Program-made: the position numbers and the translations under genes
Notes under the pieces: generated by a model
Databases searched by the model: none
What the model saw: the letters and a program-made list of their open reading frames with translations, nothing else
What the model was told of the DNA's origin: nothing
Part shown: piece by piece, positions 50,176 through 57,550 of the stretch
Position numbering within the stretch: position 1 is the stretch's first letter
Layout: every line of letters begins with the position of its first letter
IMG/VR virus record: IMGVR_UViG_3300045988_080144
DNA length: 58,634 bases
From: a virus
Reading direction: 5' to 3' (one strand)

Positions 50176-51221
50176 CACACTGGTTGACCCCGGATGGGTA
50201 CAACGTCATGCTTCGCGGGCTCATGGGCGACGCGATCAAATTCACACGCATCAAATACGGCAACGGTACGCCGGGTGACGGCGCGAACGATCTGAAGAAC
50301 CCGTTGCTCTCTCTGAAAATTGCTTCTGCGACGCGCAGCGAGAAGTACGTCACACTGTCTGTGTCGTTCAAGAATGTCGAGCTGGAGATCACCGGCTTCT
50401 GGGCAACCGAAATTGGCATTTACGTCGAGGACCCCGACGATTCCACGAAGGAACTCTGCTATTGCATCTGGGAGGAAACAGAGGTCGAGAAAGCCGACTA
50501 TATCAACCCCAACGTCGAGCGCCTGCTTGCATCGCAGTACGACTTTGTGGTGTTCGTCAGCGAGGCCAAAAACGTGTCTGCGGCGCTTGGTGAAACGCTG
50601 GTCTACGCAACCGTTACGGAACTGAACAATCACAAAAACGACAAGAACAATCCACACAAGGTGACCAAGGAGCAGATCGGGCTTGGAAACGTGGAAAACA
50701 AGGCTCTGATCGACCAGACGCCCACCTTTGCGACAGCAAAGGAGCTGTCGGATATTTCATCCGGCGAGAAGATGGGGTCTATCCTCGGAAAGATTGCAAA
50801 GGCGCTGTCACTGCTGAAATCGCACCTTTCCGACTTCAACAATCCGCATCAGGTAAAAGCCGCCGATATTGGCGCCGCTGCGTCGACGCACTCGCACAAC
50901 GCAAATGACATCAACGATGGCACGGTCATTGTGCAGCGCGGTGGTACTGGCCGCAACGAGTGGACGAAGAACTGCATCGTTTTCGCGGACGGTGAGAAAT
51001 CGCTTGGGCAGGTCTCGGCACCATCGGAGGTTTCGCTTCTGGCGCAGGGGCCTGATTCCGCCCCTGTCTTTATGAAGTTGTCCAGTCTGGCGTTGTTTGT
51101 CACCGGCAACACGCCGCCGACGCAGAAGAATCTTTTCTGGATTGATCCGACGCCTGTTACCGGCGGCTTGAAGTATTGGAACGACACCGACTGGGAGCAC
51201 GTTCCTGTTGCTTATTCTTGA
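50172..51221 (+). CDS. Tail fibre protein (proximal)
   Basis: Tail-collar-like N-terminus; NPHKVTKEQIGLGNVENK and NPHQVKAADIGAA...HSH fibre motifs. Confidence 0.7.
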   Translation: MTHWLTPDGYNVMLRGLMGDAIKFTRIKYGNGTPGDGANDLKNPLLSLKIASATRSEKYVTLSVSFKNVELEITGFWATEIGIYVEDPDDSTKELCYCIWEETEVEKADYINPNVERLLASQYDFVVFVSEAKNVSAALGETLVYATVTELNNHKNDKNNPHKVTKEQIGLGNVENKALIDQTPTFATAKELSDISSGEKMGSILGKIAKALSLLKSHLSDFNNPHQVKAADIGAAASTHSHNANDINDGTVIVQRGGTGRNEWTKNCIVFADGEKSLGQVSAPSEVSLLAQGPDSAPVFMKLSSLALFVTGNTPPTQKNLFWIDPTPVTGGLKYWNDTDWEHVPVAYS

Positions 51222-51239
51222 TCTTAGGAGGACTCTCGC

Positions 51240-51533
51240 ATGAAAATTCAGATTGAAGCCGAACTGTCCAATTACATCGAATCCCTGCATTATGACCGTA
51301 ATTCCATTCAGGAGCTGCTGCTCATGGCGTCAAAGCAGGGCTTGAAGGACACCGACGCATACAACGCATGGATGAAGGACTACCTCGGCAAGAGCAAGGA
51401 ATACGAGATCGCAAAAGCGACGCTGGAACGTGAGTTTATCATTCCTGCCGTCGGCAATGCAGCGGTTGACTGGGTGCTTGATTTCTCGACCGCCACGGTG
51501 ACGGTGACGCCGCGGGAGCAGACCGATGACTAG
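51240..51533 (+). CDS. Hypothetical protein (97 aa), fibre-module accessory
   Basis: Complete ORF. Its stop overlaps the rSAM gene start. Confidence 0.45.
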   Translation: MKIQIEAELSNYIESLHYDRNSIQELLLMASKQGLKDTDAYNAWMKDYLGKSKEYEIAKATLEREFIIPAVGNAAVDWVLDFSTATVTVTPREQTDD

Positions 51534-52842
51534 GCCACAGGAAACCTTCACCGATATGCTGGCGCGGCTTTTCCCCATGCCGGGTATCCAGCTTGGCATC
51601 AACTCGCCGCACTCCAAGTGCATTACATTTCAGGTGACGGAAGACTGCAACCTGCGCTGCAGCTACTGCTATCAGGGCTGCAAGACGCACCGGAAGATGT
51701 CGCTTGAAACCGCCAAGGCCGCCGTCGATATGCTGCTCGCCGCAGACGAGCGGACAAATCAGTACATCACGTCCACGGAGGTTGCCGGGGTCGTTCTTGA
51801 CTTTATCGGCGGTGAGCCGCTGCTGGAAGTCGAGCTGATCGACCAGATCCTCGACTACTTCGTGGCGCAGACCTTCCGCCTGCATCATCCATGGGCGACG
51901 CGCTGGAAAGCGTCGATGTCCACAAACGGAACGCTGTACTTCCGCCCGGAGGTACAGCGGTTTTTGGATAAGTGGGCAAAGCACCTGTCGCTCTCCATCA
52001 GCATTGACGGAGATAAGCAGCTCCACGATTCCTGCCGCGTCTTCCCGGACGGCTCTGGCAGCTATGATCTTGCTATCGCGGCCGCGAAGGATTACATGAC
52101 CAAGGGAAACGCCCTTGGCTCGAAGATGACGATTGCTCCCGGCAACGTCGATTATCTGTACCACGCAGTAATCGGTCTGCTGGACGCGGGGTATCGGGCG
52201 ATCAATCTGAACTGCGTTTACGAAAAGGGCTGGACGCTCGACCATGCGGCTACACTCTACACACAGCTCAAACGGCTCGCCGATTTCGTCCTGCTCTCGG
52301 ACGAGCAGCCGTATCTGTCAATCTTCAGCGAAAGCGTCGGCCATCCGCTTCCGGAGGACGATAATCAGAACTGGTGCGGCGGTACGGGGCTTATGCTGGC
52401 GGTTGACTGCGATGGCCTGTTCTTCCCGTGCCTGCGCTACATGGGAACCTCCCTCGGCCATGAGCAGCGGCCCTATGCCATCGGCGATCTGGAACACGGC
52501 ATCAACGTTCTTCCGGAACATCGGGCGCGGGTGGCAGAAATGGCCGCAGTCACGCGGCGCAGCCAGTCCACCGACGAATGCTTTGCGTGCCCGATCGCGT
52601 CCGGCTGCTCTTGGTGCAGCGCGTACAACTACCAATGCACAGGGACTCCGGATAAGCGCGTGACGTACATCTGCCCGATGCACAAGGCCCGCGTCCTGGC
52701 GAACGCCTACTACTGGAACAAGCTGCACCGCAGGCAGGGCGAGAGGACACGGTATCGGCTGGATATTCCCGACGATTGGGCGCTTGAGATCATCTCAGAT
52801 GCAGAGCTGGAAATGCTCAAATCTCTATCCAAGGAGGGCTGA
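51526..52842 (+). CDS. Radical SAM / SPASM-domain peptide maturase (anSME-like; CXXX-repeat-target type)
   Basis: CNLRCSYC (CX3CX2C) near the N-terminus. C-terminal auxiliary-cluster cysteines WCGG...CDGLFFPC...[20 protein letters not shown]...ICPM. Confidence 0.85.
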   Translation: MTRPQETFTDMLARLFPMPGIQLGINSPHSKCITFQVTEDCNLRCSYCYQGCKTHRKMSLETAKAAVDMLLAADERTNQYITSTEVAGVVLDFIGGEPLLEVELIDQILDYFVAQTFRLHHPWATRWKASMSTNGTLYFRPEVQRFLDKWAKHLSLSISIDGDKQLHDSCRVFPDGSGSYDLAIAAAKDYMTKGNALGSKMTIAPGNVDYLYHAVIGLLDAGYRAINLNCVYEKGWTLDHAATLYTQLKRLADFVLLSDEQPYLSIFSESVGHPLPEDDNQNWCGGTGLMLAVDCDGLFFPCLRYMGTSLGHEQRPYAIGDLEHGINVLPEHRARVAEMAAVTRRSQSTDECFACPIASGCSWCSAYNYQCTGTPDKRVTYICPMHKARVLANAYYWNKLHRRQGERTRYRLDIPDDWALEIISDAELEMLKSLSKEG

Positions 52843-52844
52843 TT

Positions 52845-53567
52845 ATGGCATATATCGAGGCTGAACGCTTCGCGGCTCTGAAAGCGCGTGTCAAGGCCGA
52901 GTGCCTGCGGCGCTGCCATACCGGATCTGTTGCGGAATACGGCGGCGAAAAATACGAATACACGAACAGCCCCACCGAAGATCACACCGTCGACGTGGAG
53001 CATTATGAGAAGCTGGCGCTTCCGCTGTCGAAGATCCACAGCGAGAAAGTGCCGAGCCTTGACGGCCGCAGAATCGTGTTTGACGAGGACATCACCGAGT
53101 TTGAAGCGGCGTTGACGCTCTTTGAAACACGCCCCATGACGGACAAGACGCGGGGTGACTGTGAAACGTCCTGCACGGGAGCTTGCTACACCGGCTGTTC
53201 TGGAGACTGCACAGGCGGCTGCGAAACGACGTGCTCCGGAGAATGTCAAGGTTCCTGCACGGGCTGCGGAAGCGGCTGTGCGAACACCTGCGAAGGCTCC
53301 TGCTCCGGCGGCTGCTATGGCTGCGGCGGCAACTGCACGGGAGGCTGCTCTGGCTCCTGTGATGGTAGCTGCTCTGGTTGCTCTGGTTCCTGTTCTGGCG
53401 GCTGTTCCAGCAGTTGTTCTGGCGGCTGCAAATCGTCCTGCACAGTGACCTGCGGCAACACTGGCTGCGTCGGCTCGTGCCTTGGCCTTTGTTCTGCCGG
53501 CTGCACGACCTCGTGCCAGACGTCCTGCGGCTATTGCGGGACAAACTGCACAGCCGTATCGAAGTAA
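52845..53567 (+). CDS. CXXX-repeat protein: 105-aa N-terminal domain plus 135-aa core with 34 Cys
   Basis: GGAGGG RBS. The core is encoded at 53160-53564. Inter-Cys spacing is 3 residues in 28 of 33 intervals (hand count). Confidence 0.8.
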   Translation: MAYIEAERFAALKARVKAECLRRCHTGSVAEYGGEKYEYTNSPTEDHTVDVEHYEKLALPLSKIHSEKVPSLDGRRIVFDEDITEFEAALTLFETRPMTDKTRGDCETSCTGACYTGCSGDCTGGCETTCSGECQGSCTGCGSGCANTCEGSCSGGCYGCGGNCTGGCSGSCDGSCSGCSGSCSGGCSSSCSGGCKSSCTVTCGNTGCVGSCLGLCSAGCTTSCQTSCGYCGTNCTAVSK

Positions 53568-53579
53568 GGAGGTAGCCCT

Positions 53580-54128
53580 TTGGAAATTGCAAGTAAATAC
53601 GAAATCGCTGCGGCGAACCTCGCAATCGCTTTGCAGACGGACACGGTTTCCGTCGAGCAGCGAAGTGAGCTGCGAGCGGCAATCGGCAGCAGCATCGACA
53701 AACTCGTCGACGCGCTCAACATGATTATCGTCTGCTACAACAAGCGAATGTACGCTGGCGAGATCGCGCCCGAAAAAGCCGCAAAGTGCGTCAAGGCAGA
53801 ATACGCCGCCATCGGCCTTTCCAACGTGGTCGCATACGATTATTTCTCCGCGGCGGTCGGTGCGTTCTTCACGCGCAAAACCCTGATGGCGCTGTCGACC
53901 GATGAAAAGCTCGCGTGGGTGAAAACGGTCTTCGAGCAGAACGAACGCTGCGGCTGTCAGCGCGTCAAAGATGCGCTGTTCATCTACTGCCTGCGGCTGC
54001 TGTCGCACATGGGCATCGTCACAGCGGATCTCTCTTTCACGAACCTCGTCATGCGCGAGATCAACGCCATCACGGAAGACCGAAAGAACGCCGCGATCAT
54101 GCCGCAGGCGCTCGTCACGGAATTGTAA
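53580..54128 (+). CDS. Helical partner protein of the rSAM/CXXX cassette (182 aa)
   Basis: AAGGAGG lies 7 nt before TTG 53580. No recognisable domain. Confidence 0.55.
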   Translation: MEIASKYEIAAANLAIALQTDTVSVEQRSELRAAIGSSIDKLVDALNMIIVCYNKRMYAGEIAPEKAAKCVKAEYAAIGLSNVVAYDYFSAAVGAFFTRKTLMALSTDEKLAWVKTVFEQNERCGCQRVKDALFIYCLRLLSHMGIVTADLSFTNLVMREINAITEDRKNAAIMPQALVTEL

Positions 54129-54139
54129 GGGGTGATCGT

Positions 54140-55183
54140 ATGGCAGTAGAAAACGTAAATTCCAAGCCGATTGCCGCTTCTGCGGCGATTGCCGACTTTA
54201 TCCTCGCATCGATTGGCGGCAAGGTTCGCCGTGTTCCGATCAGCACCCTTGCTGAAACACTCACCGATGCCGAAGTTGAGCTTATCAGCGCCGCTGCGTC
54301 TGCGCTGGTGTCGGCTGCGGGCAGAGCCTGTTATATCGGCACAAATGAAAACTGGTACGTATGGGATGGCGCACAGGGCGCGTTCGTCGATTCGGGGTAT
54401 CCATCGCGCGGCACACAGGGCGAACCCGGCGTAATCTTTACGCCGCACGTGACCGAAGCCGGTATTCTGAGCTGGACGAACAACGGCGGTCTTCCGAACC
54501 CAGAACCGGTCAGCCTGCTCGGCCCTGCGGGCGGCGTGACTTCGTTCAATAGCCGTTCCGGTGCGGTCGTCCCGAAAAACGGTGACTATACCGCAGAGAT
54601 GGTCGGAGCGGAAGAAAAAGACGCCGTCAAGAATCACAACGAGTCCGAGACCGCGCACAAAGATCTGTTCAATGCGAAACTGAATAAGGACGGCGACGGC
54701 GGCACTCTGAAACCTACCTTCACGCAGTCCGCAACGAGAACGCAGCTTGAATCCGGTCTGGAAATGAAAGTCCTTCTTGGACGCATTATGAAGTGGCTGG
54801 CCGACCTCGGCTCTGCGGCGTTCAAAGACAGCGGAAATTTTGAATCCGCAGGTGCTGGTGACGCAGCGGTTTCCGCGCACAACACCGCTGTGCAGGCCCA
54901 CGCTGACCTGTTTGCAAAAAAAGCCGGCAAGGGCATCGCGTTCACGCTCACACTTTCTGTCGCAGGATGGTCGAATCTTGCACAGACGCTGGAAGATGCG
55001 CGCTTCCTCGACGCCGAGTATGCCTATATCGTGACGCCGACGGCCGACAGCCTCACGGCGTGGGGCGACGCAGGAATCCGCGTCGGTGACATTACGGAGA
55101 ACGGCAAAATGCCGTTTACCTGCACAGATACGCCGGCAAGCGCAATCACAGTAAATATTTACAGAGCGGAGGTCGCACAATGA
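54140..55183 (+). CDS. Tail fibre protein (347 aa)
   Basis: ATG 54140. Short collagen-like GTQGEPG; fibre-like His motifs ETAHKDLF and AVQAHADLF. Confidence 0.55.
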   Translation: MAVENVNSKPIAASAAIADFILASIGGKVRRVPISTLAETLTDAEVELISAAASALVSAAGRACYIGTNENWYVWDGAQGAFVDSGYPSRGTQGEPGVIFTPHVTEAGILSWTNNGGLPNPEPVSLLGPAGGVTSFNSRSGAVVPKNGDYTAEMVGAEEKDAVKNHNESETAHKDLFNAKLNKDGDGGTLKPTFTQSATRTQLESGLEMKVLLGRIMKWLADLGSAAFKDSGNFESAGAGDAAVSAHNTAVQAHADLFAKKAGKGIAFTLTLSVAGWSNLAQTLEDARFLDAEYAYIVTPTADSLTAWGDAGIRVGDITENGKMPFTCTDTPASAITVNIYRAEVAQ

Positions 55184-57051
55184 GCAAAGTATTTCAGATG
55201 CTCGGCGGAAGCGGCGGCAGTATCAAGCTCGCGTCCATTGAGATCACAACGCCGCCCACAAAGACCGCCTACAAGGCTGGTGAGCAGTTTTCGACGGCTG
55301 GCATGGTTGTCAAGGCGACGTATTCCAACGGCGCCACGCTGATTGCAACAGGCGTATCGGTCGAGCCAAGCGGCGGTCTGGAAGCAGGTCGCACCAGCGT
55401 CACCATCCGATACACGGAGGGCGGCGTATCCTGCACCGCAACACAGGCGATCACAGTCACCAAGACGAATGTGACCGTGCCGAGCCAGAGCGGAAGCCTG
55501 ACCTATTCAGGCAGCTCGCAAAGCCCGGCATGGTACAACTACGATACGACGAAAATGACGCTCGGCGGCACGACCAGTGGCACGAACGCCGGCAATTACA
55601 GCGCGAAGTTTACGCTGAAAGACACAGCCCTCTATCAGTGGGCAGACGGCTCGACCGCTCCGAAAACCGTATCGTGGAAGATCGGCAAGGCAGATGGCTC
55701 ACTGACGCTCAGCAAGACTTCGATCAAGCTGGAAGACGGAAAACTGACAGATTCTTTCACGGTCACACGGCTTGGCACAGGAACAATCACAGCCGTGTCC
55801 AACCGCCCCGATATTGCCAGTGTTTCCATTTCGGGAAATATTGTGACCGTCCACAGCGTCGATGAAAACTCCGGCACGGTTACGATCACGGTTTCCGTTG
55901 CCAGCGACACGAACTACAACGCGCCGGCAAGCAAGACCTGCACCGTGTCGTGCGTGTTCGTGACAATCTTCGGCGTCTGCTGGACGTACAGCAACTCCTC
56001 TCCGGCTCTTTCCCGCCTGACGCCGAGCAACGACCCGAACGGCTATGTCAATGCCGCCGTGTCCTCGGAGCCGAGCGCTGCCATCGGCACAGGCGCTGGC
56101 AGCTCTCCATTCGACGCATTCATGCCGTGGCAAGGCATGGAGGAATACAACATCATCAACGGCGCGGTGTCGTACAAAAAGGGACAGTCCGGATTCTCCC
56201 GCACGTCCTACGATACGATGGTCTTTATCCCTGAGTTTTACTACAAGATCGTCTATAACAGCAGCCAGAGCAAGATCTATTACTACGTTGCAAACGCGCC
56301 GTTCACCGGCTTTGCCAAGCACCCCGGTTCCGGTCGCTATGTTGGACGATACAATACGATCTCCGGCTATGCCTCCAAATCTGGTGCAAATCCGCTGACG
56401 AGCATGACGCGCGCCACAGCCCGCGCAAACTCCCGGAACAAGGGCAGCAAGTGGCAGCAGTACGATTATGCGTCGTGGTGCGCGGTCTGGCTGCTCTATC
56501 TCGTCGAGTATGCAAACTGGGATAGCCAGAGCAAAATCGGCAACGGTATTGTCGGCAATTCCTCGCTGCAGAAGACGGGTACGACGGACAGCATGACCTA
56601 CCACACCGGCACGGTCGCTTCCGCCAGGACAGGCTATGGCGGCGTACAGTATCGCGGCATTGAAAACCCGTGGGGCAATGTCTATGACTGGATTGACGGC
56701 ATCAACTTCAACAACCGCGCGGCTTATATCTGCACCGATCCGTCGAAGTACGCAGACGATACGTCCACCAACTACACGGCGGCTGGGCTCAGCCTGCCGA
56801 GCAGCGGCAATATCAAAACGCTCGGAAACTGCACGGCCCTCCCATGGGCATTTATTCCGACGGGAACCGGTGGCAGCGGCACGACCTACGTGCCAGACTA
56901 CGTGTACTCGTATTCTGGCTGGTGTGTTCTCTGCGTCGGTGGCTACTGCAGGTATGATGCTGCGTACTGCGGCCTGTTCTTTTTCAATGGCAACTACGAT
57001 TCGTCCGGCGCGGGCTCGAGCATCGGCGCGCGCCTCCTTTACGTCCCCTAA
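55180..57051 (+). CDS. DGR target: distal fibre/receptor-binding protein with Ig-like N-terminal repeats and a C-type-lectin/FGE-like C-terminal domain carrying the VR
   Basis: ATGA overlap at 55180. The C-terminus ...YSGWCVLCVGGYCRYDAAYCGLFFFNGNYDSSGAGSSIGARLLYVP matches the TR. Confidence 0.85.
   Translation: MSKVFQMLGGSGGSIKLASIEITTPPTKTAYKAGEQFSTAGMVVKATYSNGATLIATGVSVEPSGGLEAGRTSVTIRYTEGGVSCTATQAITVTKTNVTVPSQSGSLTYSGSSQSPAWYNYDTTKMTLGGTTSGTNAGNYSAKFTLKDTALYQWADGSTAPKTVSWKIGKADGSLTLSKTSIKLEDGKLTDSFTVTRLGTGTITAVSNRPDIASVSISGNIVTVHSVDENSGTVTITVSVASDTNYNAPASKTCTVSCVFVTIFGVCWTYSNSSPALSRLTPSNDPNGYVNAAVSSEPSAAIGTGAGSSPFDAFMPWQGMEEYNIINGAVSYKKGQSGFSRTSYDTMVFIPEFYYKIVYNSSQSKIYYYVANAPFTGFAKHPGSGRYVGRYNTISGYASKSGANPLTSMTRATARANSRNKGSKWQQYDYASWCAVWLLYLVEYANWDSQSKIGNGIVGNSSLQKTGTTDSMTYHTGTVASARTGYGGVQYRGIENPWGNVYDWIDGINFNNRAAYICTDPSKYADDTSTNYTAAGLSLPSSGNIKTLGNCTALPWAFIPTGTGGSGTTYVPDYVYSYSGWCVLCVGGYCRYDAAYCGLFFFNGNYDSSGAGSSIGARLLYVP
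56900..57039 (+). repeat. DGR variable repeat (VR)
   Basis: 128/140 identical to 57280-57419. All 12 differences lie at TR adenines. Confidence 0.9.
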
Positions 57052-57060
57052 TGGGGGACC

Positions 57061-57076
57061 GGGGGCCGCAGCCCCC
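57061..57076 (+). promoter_or_regulatory. GC hairpin downstream of VR (DGR homing-enhancing hairpin candidate)
   Basis: GGGGGC-CGCA-GCCCCC, 21 nt after the VR end. Confidence 0.5.
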
Positions 57077-57141
57077 GTGGGCTTCCGTTTTCAGAGCGGC
57101 ACGTCTTACGCTCTGGCGCGGCAGCGCCATTCCCTATATAT

Positions 57142-57170
57142 CCGCGCGAAGCGCGGCGCGTATATTTTTT
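57142..57170 (+). terminator. Terminator candidate after the target gene
   Basis: ccgcgc-gaa-gcgcgg stem, followed after 9 nt (cgcgtatat) by a T6 run (57165-57170). Confidence 0.4.
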
Positions 57171-57279
57171 CAAAATAACGCATTTCGTTATTTTCTCCCG
57201 TTTTCAGACCTTCCCAGCGCATAGACAGTATAATTCTCGACGGGATTGTCTGCGCAGCTTGTGCGGTGTTTTGGGCTTC

Positions 57280-57419
57280 ACGTGAACTCGAATTCTGGCT
57301 GGTGTGTTCTCTGCGTCGGTGGCTACTACAGGAATGATGCTGCGAACTGCGGCCTGTTCTTTTTCAATGGCAACTACAATTCGTCCAACGCGAACTCGAA
57401 CATCGGCGCGCGCCTACTT
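57280..57419 (+). repeat. DGR template repeat (TR)
   Basis: Non-coding copy of the VR. AAC/AAT-rich in the VR frame (28 adenines). Confidence 0.9.
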
Positions 57420-57550
57420 GTTTGTATGCTCCATTTCTTTGCGCAGGCTCTCCCACACCGCTTGGTGAAAATATTGCCGCTACAGGACGGGCTTTAGTAC
57501 GGCCGAAAGGTATCTGGAAAGACCCCGATGGCAAACAAGGAGCGAGGCAT
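57280..57550 (+). ncRNA. DGR TR plus spacer RNA template region
   Basis: The TR is followed by a 131-nt spacer up to the RT start. A TATAAT box lies at 57229-57234 upstream. Confidence 0.55.

Noticed and set aside
53160-53564. Periodic DNA as a possible CRISPR array or tandem satellite
   Set aside because: There is no repeat-spacer organisation and no exact nucleotide repeat unit. The periodicity exists at the codon/protein level only.
52710-54008. 432-aa minus-strand ORF and several other long ORFs overlapping the CXXX-repeat gene (53092..53682-, 53155..53448+, 53315..53506-)
   Set aside because: These are shadow frames created by the stop-free GC-rich TGC/GGC/AGC codon run. They have no RBS and their composition is Ala/Arg/Ser-rich junk. 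The + frame with an RBS and operon context is the real gene.
57246-57497. 83-aa ORF in the track (…NSNSGWCVLCVGGYYRNDAANCGLFFFNGNYNSSNANSNIGARLL…)
   Set aside because: This is simply the DGR template repeat translated in the VR frame. It has no RBS, its Asn-rich AAY content is the TR hallmark, and it diverges into nonsense after the repeat. It is not a gene.
57052-57550. Search for an Avd accessory gene or second ORF between the DGR target and the RT
   Set aside because: Only short or RBS-less frames are present (for example 57364..57687 minus, with junk composition). No Avd-size helical ORF was found, so none is reported.
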